DNA from: Eledone cirrhosa
Taxonomy: Eukaryota
NCBI GenBank assembly: GCA_964016885.1
Contig: OZ024743.1
Span: 366,854,001-366,918,000, forward strand
Length of the DNA stretch: 64,000 nucleotides
Reading direction: 5' to 3'
Every line of letters starts with the position of its first letter. The first letter of the stretch is position 1. The notes below the pieces were generated by a model. That model did not search any database, was not told where the DNA came from, and saw nothing but the letters and a program-made list of their open reading frames with translations. Positions 35,491 to 50,400 of the stretch are shown here, piece after piece. The translations under genes and the position numbers were made by a program.

Positions 35491-36699
35491 CAACCATCAT
35501 AGCATACTCAACCATACACAACAACCACTATCACAACCATGTCTACCACAACCATCATAGCATACTCAACCATACACAACAACCATGTCTGCCACCACCA
35601 TCATAGCATACTCAGCCATACACAACAACCACTATCACAACCATGCCTACCACCACCATCATAGCATACTCAACCATACACAACAACACTATCACAACCA
35701 TGTCTACCACAACCATCATAGCATACTCAACCATACACAACAACCATTATCACAACCATGTCTGCCACCACCATCATAGCATACTCAGCCATACACAACA
35801 ACCACTATCACAACCATGCCTACCACCACCATCATAGCATACTCAACCATACACAACAACACTATCACAACCATGTCTACCACCACCATCATAGCATACT
35901 CAACCATACACAACAACATTATCACAACCATGTCTACCACCACCATCATAGCATACTCAACCGTACACAACCATGTCTGCCAACACCATCATAGCATACT
36001 CAACCATACACAACAACACTATCACAACCATGTCTACAACCACCATCATGGCATACTCAACCATACACAACCACTATCACAACCATGTCTGCCACCACCA
36101 TCATAGCATACTCAACCATACACAACAACACTATCACAACCATGTCTACCACCACCATCATAGCATACTCAACCATACACAACAACACTATCACAACCAT
36201 GTCTACCACCACCATCATAGCATACTCAACCATACACAACAACATTATCACAACCATGTCTACCACCACCATCATAGCATACTCAACCATGTCTGCCAAC
36301 ACCATCATAGCATACTCAACCATACACAACAACACTATCACAACCATGTCTACAACCACCATCATGGCATACTCAACCATACACAACCACTATCACAACC
36401 ATGTCTGCCACCACCATCATAGCATACTCAACCATACACAACAACACTATCACAACCATGTCTACCACCACCATCATAGCATACTCAACCATACACAACA
36501 ACACTATCACAACCATGTCTGCCACCACCATCATAGCATACTCAACCATACACAACACTATCACAACCATCATAGCATACTCAACCATACACAACAACCA
36601 CTATCACAACCATGTCTACCACAACCATCATAGCATACTCAACCATACACAACAACCATTATCACAACCATGTCTGCCACCACCATCATAGCATACTCA

Positions 36700-39600
36700 G
36701 CCATACACAACAACCACTATCACAACCATGCCTACCACCACCATCATAGCATACTCAACCATACACAACAACACTATCACAACCATGTCTACCACCACCA
36801 TCATAGCATACTCAACCATACACAATAACATTATCACAACCATGTCTACCACCACCATCATAGCATACTCAACCGTACACAACCATGTCTGCCAACACCA
36901 TCATAGCATACTCAACCATACACAACAACACTATCACAACCATGTCTACAACCACCATCATGGCATACTCAACCATACACAACCACTATCACAACCATGT
37001 CTGCCACCACCATCATAGCATACTCAACCATACACAACAACACTATCACAACCATGTCTACCACCACCATCATAGCATACTCAACCATACACAACAACAC
37101 TATCACAACCATGTCTACCACCACCATCATAGCATACTCAACCATACACAACAACACTATCACAACCATGTCTACCGCCACCATCATAGCATACTCAACC
37201 ATACACAACAACACTATCACAACCATGTCTGCCACCACCATCATAGCATACTCAACCATACACAACAACACTATCACAACCATGTCAGCCACCACCATCA
37301 TGACATACTCAACCATACACAACAACCACTATCACAACCATGTCTACCACCACCATCATAGCATACTCAACCATACACAACAATCACTATCACAACCATG
37401 TCTGCCACCACCTTCATAGCATACTCAACCATACACAACAATCACTATCACAACCATGTCTGCCACCACCATCATAGCATACTCAACCATACACAACAAC
37501 CACTATCACAACCATGTCTGCCACCACCATCATAGCATACTCAACCATACACAAAAACCACTATCACAACCATGTCTGCCACCACTATCATAGCATACTC
37601 AACCATACACAACAACACTATCACAACCATGTCTACCACCACCATTATAGCATACTCAACTATCACAACCATGTCTACCACCACCATCATAGCATACTCA
37701 ACCGTACACAACCATGTCTGCCACCACCATCATAGCATACTCAACCATACACAACAACACTATCACAACCATGTCTACAACCACCATCATGGCATACTCA
37801 ACCATACACAACCACTATCACAACCATGTCTGCCACCACCATCATAGCATACTCAACCATACACAACAACACTATCACAACCATGTCTACCACCACCATC
37901 ATAGCATACTCAACCATACACAACAACACTATCAGAACTATGTCTACCACCACCATCATGGCATACTCAACCATACACAACCATGTCTACCACCACCATC
38001 ATGGCATACTCAACCATACACAACAACCACTATCACAACCATGTCTACCACCACCATCATGGCATACTCAACCATACACAACAACCACTATCACAACCAT
38101 GTCTGCCACCACCATCATAGCATACTCAACCATACACAACAATCACTATCACAACCATGTCTGAAACCACCATCATGGCATACTCAACCATACACAACAA
38201 CACTATCACAAACATGTCTACCACCACCATCATAGCATACTCGACCATACACAACAACACTATCACAACCATGTCTACCACCACCATCATAGCATACTCA
38301 ACCATACACAACAACACTATCACAACCATGTCTGCCACCACCATCATAGCATACTCAACCATACACAACAACACTATCACAACCATGTCTGCCACCACCA
38401 TCATAGCATACTCAACCGTACACAACAATCACTATCACAACCATGTCTACCATCACCATCATAGCATACTCAACCATACACAACAACACTATCACAACCA
38501 TGTCTACCACCACCATCATAGCATAATCAACCATACACAATAACACTATCACAACCATGTCTACCACCACCATCATAGCATACTCAACCATACACAACAA
38601 CACTATCACAACCATGTCTGCCACCACCATCATGGCATACTCAACCATACACAACAACCACTATCACAACCATGTCTGCCACCACCATCATGGCATACTC
38701 AACCATACACAACAACCACTATCACAACCATGTCTACCACCACCATCATAGCATACACAACAACACTATCACAACCATTCTACCACCACCATCATAGCAT
38801 ACACAACCATACACAACCATGTCTAGCACCACCATCATAGCATACTCAACCATACACAACAACACTATCACAACCATGTCTACCACCACCATCATAGCAT
38901 ACACAACAACACTATCACAACCATGTCTACTACCACCATCATGGCATACTCAACCATACACAACCACTATCACAACCATGTCTACCACCACCATCATGGC
39001 ATACTCAACCATACACAACAACCACTATCACAACCATGTCTGCCACCACCATCATAGCATACTCAACCATACACAACAATCACTATCACAACCATGTCTG
39101 CCACCACCATCATAGCATACTCAACCATACACAACAACACTACAACAACCATGTCTATCACCACCATCATAGCATACTCAACCATACACAACAACACTAT
39201 CACAACCATCATAGCATACTCAACCATACACAACAACCACTATCACAACCATGTCTGCAACCACCATCATAGCATACTCAACCATACACAACAACACTAT
39301 CACAACCATGTCTACAACCACCATCATAGCATACTCAACCATACACAACAACCACTATTACAACCAAGTCTGCCACCACCATCATAGCATACTCAACCAT
39401 ATACAACAACCACTATCACAACCATGTCTGCCACCACCATCATGGCATACTCAACCATACACAACAACCACTATCACAACCATGTCTACCACCACCATCA
39501 TAGCATACTCAACCATACACAACAACACTATCACAACCATTCTACCACCACCATCATAGCATACTCAACCATACACAACCATGTCTAGCACCACCATCAG

Positions 39601-42600
39601 AGCATACTCAACCATACACAACAACAATATCACAACCATGTCTGCCACCACCATCATAGCATACTCAACCATACACAACACTACAACAACCATGTCTACC
39701 ACCACAATCATAGCATACTCAACCATACACAACAACACTATCATAACCATCATAGCATACTCAACCATACACAACAACCACTATCACAACCATGTCTACC
39801 ACAACCACCATAGCATACTCAACCATACACAACAACCATTATCACAACCATGTCTGCCACCACCATCATAGCATACTCAGCCATACACAACAACCACTAT
39901 CACAACCATGCCTACCACCACCATCATAGCATACTCAACCATACACAACAACACTATCACAACCATGTCTACCACAACCATCATAGCATACTCAACCATA
40001 CACAACAACCATTATCACAACCATGTCTGCCACCACCATCATAGCATACTCAGCCATACACAACAACCACTATCACAACCATGCCTACCACCACCATCAT
40101 AGCATACTCAACTATACACAACAACACTATCACAACCATGTCTACCACCACCATCATAGCATACTCAACCATACACAACAACATTATCACAACCATGTCT
40201 ACCACCACCATCATAGCATACTCAACTGTACACAACCATGTCTGCCAACACCATCATAGCATACTCAACCATACACAACAACACTATCACAACCATGTCT
40301 ACAACCACCATCATGGCATACTCAACCATACACAACCACTATCACAACCATGTCTGCCACCACCATCATAGCATACACAACAACACTATCACAACCATGT
40401 CTACCACCACCATCATAGCATACTCAACCATACACAACAACACTATCACAACCATGTCTACCACCACCATCATAGCATACTCAACCATACACAACAACAT
40501 TATCACAACCATGTCTACCACCACCATCATAGCATACTCAACCGTACACAACCATGTCTGCCAACACCATCATAGCATACTCAACCATACACAACAACAC
40601 TATCACAACCATGTCTACAACCACCATCATGGCATACTCAACCATACACAACCACTATCACAACCATGTCTGCCACCACCATCATAGCATACTCAACCAT
40701 ACACAACAACACTATCACAACCATGTCTACCACCACCATCATAGCATACTCAACCATACACAACAACACTATCACAACCATGTCTGCCACCACCATCATA
40801 GCATACTCAACCATACACAACAACACTACAACAACCATGTCTACCACCACCATCATAGCATACTCAACCATACACAACACTATCACAACCATCATAGCAT
40901 ACTCAACCATACACAACAACCACTATCACAACCATGTCTACCACAACCATCATAGCATACTCAACCATACACAACAACCATTATCACAACCATGTCTGCC
41001 ACCACCATCATAGCATACTCAGCCATACACAACAACCACTATCACAACCATGCCTACCACCACCATCATAGCATACTAAACCATACACAACAACACTATC
41101 ACAACCATGTCTACCACCACCATCATAGCATACTCAACCATACACAACAACATTATCACAACCATGTTTACCACCACCATCATAGCATACTCAACCGTAC
41201 ACAACCATGTCTGCCAACACCATCATAGCATACTCAACCATACACAACAACACTATCACAACCATGTCTACAACCACCATCATGGCATACTCAACCATAC
41301 ACAACCACTATCACAACCATGTCTGCCACCACCATCATAGCATACTCAACCATACACAACAATACTATCACAACCATGTCTACCACCACCATCATAGCAT
41401 ACTCAACCATACACAACAACACTATCACAACCATGTCTACCACCACCATCATAGCATACTCAACCATACACAACAACACTATCACAACCATGTCTACCGC
41501 CACCATCATAGCATACTCAACCATACACAACAACACTATCACAACCATGTCTGCCACCACCATCATAGCATACTCAACCATACACAACAACACTATCACA
41601 ACCATGTCAGCCACCACCATCATGACATACTCAACCATACACAACAATCACTATCACAACCATGTCTGCCACCACCTTCATAGCATACTCAACCATACAC
41701 AACAATCACTATCACAACCATGTCTGCCACCACCATCATAGCATACTCAACCATACACAACAACCACTATCACAACCATGTCTGCCACCACCATCATAGC
41801 ATACTCAACCATACACAAAAACCACTATCACAACCATGTCTGCCACCACTATCATAGCATACTCAACCATACACAACAACACTATCACAACCATGTCTAC
41901 CACCACCATTATAGCATACTCAACTATCACAACCATGTCTACCACCACCATCATAGCATACTCAACCGTACACAACCATGTCTGCCACCACCATCATAGC
42001 ATACTCAACCATACACAACAACACTATCACAACCATGTCTACAACCACCATCATGGCATACTCAACCATACACAACCACTATCACAACCATGTCTGCCAC
42101 CACCATCATAGCATACTCAACCATACACAACAACACTATCACAACCATGTCTACCACCACCATCATAGCATACTCAACCATACACAACAACACTATCAGA
42201 ACTATGTCTACCACCACCATCATGGCATACTCAACCATACACAACCATGTCTACCACCACCATCATGGCATACTCAACCATACACAACAACCACTATCAC
42301 AACCATGTCTACCACCACCATCATGGCATACTCAACCATACACAACAACCACTATCACAACCATGTCTGCCACCACCATCATAGCATACTCAACCATACA
42401 CAACAATCACTATCACAACCATGTCTGAAACCACCATCATGGCATACTCAACCATACACAACAACACTATCACAAACATGTCTACCACCACCATCATAGC
42501 ATACTCGACCATACACAACAACACTATCACAACCATGTCTACCACCACCATCATAGCATACTCAACCATACACAACAACACTATCACAACCATGTCTGCC

Positions 42601-43550
42601 ACCACCATCATAGCATACTCAACCATACACAACAACACTATCACAACCATGTCTGCCACCACCATCATAGCATACTCAACCGTACACAACAATCACTATC
42701 ACAACCATGTCTACCATCACCATCATAGCATACTCAACCATACACAACAACACTATCACAACCATGTCTACCACCACCATCATAGCATACTCAACCATAC
42801 ACAATAACACTATCACAACCATGTCTACCACCACCATCATAGCATACTCAACCATACACAACAACACTATCACAACCATGTCTGCCACCACCATCATGGC
42901 ATACTCAACCATACACAACAACCACTATCACAACCATGTCTGCCACCACCATCATGGCATACTCAACCATACACAACAACCACTATCACAACCATGTCTA
43001 CCACCACCATCATAGCATACACAACAACACTATCACAACCATTCTACCACCACCATCATAGCATACACAACCATACACAACCATGTCTAGCACCACCATC
43101 ATAGCATACTCAACCATACACAACAACACTATCACAACCATGTCTACCACCACCATCATAGCATACTCAACCATACACAACAACACTATCACAACCATGT
43201 CTACCACCACCATCATGGCATACTCAACCATACACAACAACCACTATCACAACCATGTTTACCACCACCATCATGGCATACTCAACCATACACAACAACC
43301 ACTATCACAACCATGTCTGCCACCACCATCATAGCATACTCAACCATACACAACAATCACTATCACAACCATGTCTGCCACCACCATCATAGCATACTCA
43401 ACCATACACAACAACACTACAACAACCATGTCTACCACCACCATCATAGCATACTCAACCATACACAACAACACTATCACAACCATCATAGCATACTCAA
43501 CCATACACAACAACCACTATCACAACCATGTCTGCAACCACCATCATAGC
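36700..43550. repeat. Imperfect ~4.3 kb higher-order duplication (about 36.7-39.3 kb vs 41.0-43.5 kb)
   Basis: Offsets 4322 (36997/41319), 4264 (37514/41778, 38157/42421, 38819/43083) and 4277 (39036/43313), with several private SNPs and single-monomer indels. Confidence 0.8.
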
Positions 43551-46500
43551 ATACTCAACCATACACAACACTACAACAACCATGTCTACCACCACCATCA
43601 TAGCATACTCAACCATACACAACAACACTATCACAACCATGTCTACCACAACCATCATAGCATACTCAACCATACACAACAACCATTATCACAACCATGT
43701 CTGCCACCACCATCATAGCATACTCAGCCATACACAACAACCACTATCACAACCATGCCTACCACCACCATCATAGCATACTCAACCATACACAACAACA
43801 CTATCACAACCATGTCTACCACCACCATCATAGCATACTCAACCATACACAACAACACTATCACAACCATGTCTACCACCACCATCATAGCATACTCAAC
43901 CGTACACAACCATGTCTGCCAACACCATCGTAGCATACTCAACCATACACAACAACACTATCACAACCATGTCTACAACCACCATCATAGCATACTCAAC
44001 CATACACAACAACCACTATCACAACCAAGTCTGCCACCACCATCATAGCATACTCAACCATATACAACAACCACTATCACAACCATTTCTGCCACCACCA
44101 TCATGGCATACTCAACCATACACAACAACCACTATCACAACCATGTCTACCACCACCATCATAGCATACTCAACCATACACAACAACACTATCACAACCA
44201 TGTCTACCACCACCATCATAGCATACTCAACCATACACAACCATGTCTAGCACCACCATCATAGCATACTCAACCATACACAACACTATCACAACCATGT
44301 CTACCACCACCATCATAGCATACTCAACCATACACAACAACACTATCACAACCATGTCTACCACCACCATCATAGCATACTCAACCATACACAACAACAC
44401 TATCACAACCATGTCTATCACCACCATCATAGCATACTCAACCATACACAACAACACTATCACAACCATGTCTACCACCACCATCATGGCATACTCAACC
44501 ATACACAACAACCACTATCACAACCATGTCTACCACCACCATCATGGCATACTCAACCATACACAACAACCACTATCACAACCATGTCTGCCACCACCAT
44601 CATAGCATACTCAACCATACACAACAACCACTATCACAACCATGTCTGCCACCACCATCATAGCATACTCAACCATACACAACAACACTACAACAACCAT
44701 GTCTACCACCACCATCATAGCATACTCAACCATACACAACAACACTATCACAACCATCATAGCATACTCAACCATACACAACAACCACTATCACAACCAT
44801 GTCTGCAACCACCATCATAGCATACTCAACCATACACAACAACACTACAACAACCATGTCTACCACCACCATCATAGCATACTCAACCATACACAACAAC
44901 ACTATCACAACCATGTCTACCACAACCATCACAGCATACTCAACCATACACAACAACCATTATCACAACCATGTCTGCCACCACCATCATAGCATACTCA
45001 GCCATACACAACAACCACTATCACAACCATGCCTACCACCACCATCATAGCATACTCAACCATACACAACAACACTATCACAACCATGTCTACCACCACC
45101 ATCATAGCTTTCTCAACCATACACAACAACACTATCACAACCATGTCTACCACCACCATCATGGCATACTCAACCTTACACAACCATGTCTACCACCACC
45201 ATCATAGCATACTCAACCATACACAACAACACTATCACAACCATGTCTACCACCACCATCATAGCATACTCAACCATACACAACAACACTATCACAACCA
45301 TGTCTGCCACCACCATCAAAGCATACTCAACCATACACAACAACACTATCACAACCATGTCTACCACCACCATCATAGCATACTCAACCATACACAACAA
45401 CACTATCACAACCATGTCTACCACCACCATCATAGCATACTCAACCATACACAACAACACTATCACAACCATGTCTACCACCACCATCATAGCATACTCA
45501 ACCATACACAACAACACTATCACAACCATGTCTGCCACCAACATCATAGCATACTCAACCATACACAACAACACTATCACAACCATGTCAGCCACCACCA
45601 TCATGACATACTCAACCATACACAACAACCACTATCACAACCATGTCTACCACCACCATCATAGCATACTCAACCATACACAACAACCACTATCACAACC
45701 ATGTCTACCACCACCATCAAGGCATACTCAACCATACACAACAACCACTATCACAACCATGTCTACCACCACCATCATGGCATACTCAACCATACACAAC
45801 AACCACTATCACAACCATGTCTGCCACCACCATCATAGCATACTCAACCATACACAACAATCACTACCACAACCATGTCTGCCACCACCATCATGGCATA
45901 CTCAACCATACACAACAACACTATCACAACCATGTCTGCCACCACCATCATGGCATACTCAACCATACACAACAACCACTATCACAACCATGTCTGCCAC
46001 CACCATCATGGCATACTCAACCATACACAACAACACTATCACAACCATGTCTACCACCACCATCATAGCATACTCAACCATACACAACAACACTATCACA
46101 ACCATGTCTACCACCACCATCATAACATACTCAACCATACACAACAACCACTATCACAACCATGTCTACCACCACCATCATGGCATACTCAACCATACAC
46201 AACAACCACTATCACAACCATGTCTACCACCATCATCATGGCATACTCAACCATACACAACAACCACTATCACAACCATGTCTGCCACCACCATCATAGC
46301 ATACTCAACCATACACAACAACCACTATCAGAACCATGTCTACCACCACCATCATAGCATTCTCAACCATACACAACAACACTATCACAACCATTCTACC
46401 ACCACCATCATAGCATACTCAACCATACACAACCATGTCTAGCACCACCATCATAGCATACTCAACCATACACAACAACACTATCACAACCATGTCTACC

Positions 46501-49500
46501 ACCACCATCATGGCATACTCAACCATACACAACAACCACTATCACAACCATGTCTACCACCACCATCATGGCATACTCAACCATACACAACAATCACTAT
46601 CACAACCATGTCTGCCACCACCATCATAGCATACTCAACCATACACAACAACACTACAACAACCATGTCTACCACCACCATCATAGCATACTCAACCATA
46701 CACAACAACACTATCACAACCATCATAGCATACTCAACCATACACAACAACCACTATCACAACCATGTCTGCAACCACCATCATAGCATACTCAACCATA
46801 CACAACAACACTACAACAACCATGTCTACCACCACCATCATAGCATACTCAACCATACACAACAACACTATCACAACCATGTCTACCACAACCATCATAG
46901 CATACTCAACCATACACAACAACCATTATCACAACCATGTCTGCCACCATCATCATAGCATACTCAGCCATACACAACAACCACTATCACAACCATGCCT
47001 ACCACCACCATCATAGCATACTCAACCATACACAACAACACTATCACAACCATGTCTACCACCACCATCATAGCATACTCAACCATACACAACAACACTA
47101 TCACAACCATGTCTACCACCACCATCATAGCATACTCAACCGTACACAACCATGTCTGCCAACACCATCGTAGCATACTCAACCATACACAACAACACTA
47201 TCACAACCATGTCTACAACCACCATCATAGCATACTCAACCATACACAACAACCACTATCACAACCAAGTCTGCCACCACCATCATAGCATACTCAACCA
47301 TATACAACAACCACTATCACAACCATGTCTGCCACCACCATCATGGCATACTCAACCATACACAACAACCACTATCACAACCATGTCTACCACCACCATC
47401 ATAGCATACTCAACCATACACAACAACACTATCACAACCATGTCTACCACCACCATCATAGCATACTCAACCATACACAACCATGTCTAGCACCACCATC
47501 ATAGCATACTCAACCATACACAACAACACTATCACAACCATGTCTACCACCACCATCATAGCATCCTCAACCATACACAACAACAATATCACAACCATGT
47601 CTACCACCACCATCATAGCATACTCAACCATACACAACAACACTATCACAACCATGTCTACCACCACCATCATAGCATACTCAACCATACACAACAACAC
47701 TATCACAACCATGTCTACCACCACCATCATGGCATACTCAACCATACACAACAACCACTATCACAACCATGTCTGCCACCACCATCATAGCATACTCAAC
47801 CATACACAACAACCACTATCACAACCATGTCTGCCACCACCATCATAGCATACTCAACCATACACAACAACACTACAACAACCATGTCTACCACCACCAT
47901 CATAGCATATTCAACCATACACAACACTATCACAACCATCATAGCATACTCAACCATACACAACAACCACTATCACAACCATGTCTGCAACCACCATCAT
48001 AGCATACTCAACCATACACAACAACACTACAACAACCATGTCTACCACCACCATCATAGCATACTCAACCATACACAACAACACTATCACAACCATGTCT
48101 ACCACAACCATCACAGCATACTCAACCATACACAACAACCATTATCACAACCATGTCTGCCACCACCATCATAGCATACTCAGTCATACACAACAACCAC
48201 TATCACAACCATGCCTACCACCACCATCATAGCATACTCAACCATACACAACAACACTATCACAACCATGTCTACCACCACCATCATAGCATACTCAACC
48301 ATACACAACAACACTATCACAACCATGTCTACCACCACCATCATGGCATACTCAACCATACACAACAACACTATCACAACCATGTCTGCCACCACCATCA
48401 AAGCATACTCAACCATACACAACAACACTATCACAACCATGTCTACCACCACCATCATAGCATACTCAACCATACACAACAACACTATCACAACCATGTC
48501 TACCACCACCATCATAGCATACTCAACCATACACAACAACACTATCACAACCATGTCTACCACCACCATCATAGCATACTCAACCATACACAACAACACT
48601 ATCACAACCATGTCTGCCACCACCATCATAGCATACTCAACCATACACAACAACACTATCACAACCATGTCAGCCACCACCATCATGACATACTCAACCA
48701 TACACAACAACCACTATCACAACCATGTCTACCACCACCATCATAGCATACTCAACCATACACAACAACCACTATCACAACCATGTCTACCACCACCATC
48801 AAGGCATACTCAACCATACACAACAACCACTATCACAACCATGTCTACCACCACCATCATGGCATACTCAACCATACACAACAACCACTATCACAACCAT
48901 GTCTGCCACCACCATCATAGCATACTCAACCATACACAACAATCACTACCACAACCATGTCTGCCACCACCATCATGGCATACTCAACCATACACAACAA
49001 CCACTATCACAACCATGTCTGCCACCACCATCATGGCATACTCAACCATACACAACAACACTATCACAACCATGTCTACCACCACCATCATAGCATACTC
49101 AACCATACACAACAACACTATCACAACCATGTCTACCACCACCATCATAACATACTCAACCATACACAACAACCACTATCACAACCATGTCTACCACCAC
49201 CATCATGGCATACTCAACCATACACAACAACCACTATCACAACCATGTCTACCACCATCATCATGGCATACTCAACCATACACAACAACCACTATCACAA
49301 CCATGTCTGCCACCACCATCATAGCATACTCAACCATACACAACAACCACTATCAGAACCATGTCTACCACCACCATCATAGCATTCTCAACCATACACA
49401 ACAACACTATCACAACCATTCTACCACCACCATCATAGCATACTCAACCAAACACAACCATGTCTAGCACCACCATCATAGCATACTCAACCATACACAA

Positions 49501-50400
49501 CAACACTATCACAACCATGTCTACCACCACCATCATGGCATACTCAACCATACACAACAACCACTATCACAACCATGTCTACCACCACCATCATGGCATA
49601 CTCAACCATACACAACAATCACTATCACAACCATGTCTGCCACCACCATCATAGCATACTCAACCATACACAACAACACTATCACAACCATCATAGCATA
49701 CTCAACCATACACAACAACCACTATCACAACCATGTCTGCAACCACCATCATAGCATACTCAACCATACACAACAACACTACAACAACCATGTCTACCAC
49801 CACCATCATAGCATACTCAACCATACACAACAACACTATCACAACCATGTCTACCACAACCATCATAGCATACTCAACCATACACAACAACCATTATCAC
49901 AACCATGTCTGCCACCATCATCATAGCATACTCAGCCATACACAACAACCACTATCACAACCATGCCTACCACCACCATCATAGCATACTCAACCATACA
50001 CAACAACACTATCACAACCATGTCTACCACCACCATCATAGCATACTCAACCATACACAACAACACTATCACAACCATGTCTACCACCACCATCATAGCA
50101 TACTCAACCGTACACAACCATGTCTGCCAACACCATCGTAGCATACTCAACCATACACAACAACACTATCACAACCATGTCTACAACCACCATCATAGCA
50201 TACTCAACCATACACAACAACCACTATCACAACCAAGTCTGCCACCACCATCATAGCATACTCAACCATATACAACAACCACTATCACAACCATGTCTGC
50301 CACCACCATCATGGCATACTCAACCATACACAACAACCACTATCACAACCATGTCTACCACCACCATCATAGCATACTCAACCATACACAACAACACTAT
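43530..50400. repeat. Imperfect ~3.0-3.2 kb higher-order copies of a second variant subfamily
   Basis: Offsets 3240 (43697/46937, 43912/47152), 3182 (44799/47981), 3025 (46435/49460) and 2968 (46937/49905); shared markers CATCGTAGC, CATCAAAGC, CATCACAGC, TCACTACCAC. Confidence 0.8.
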
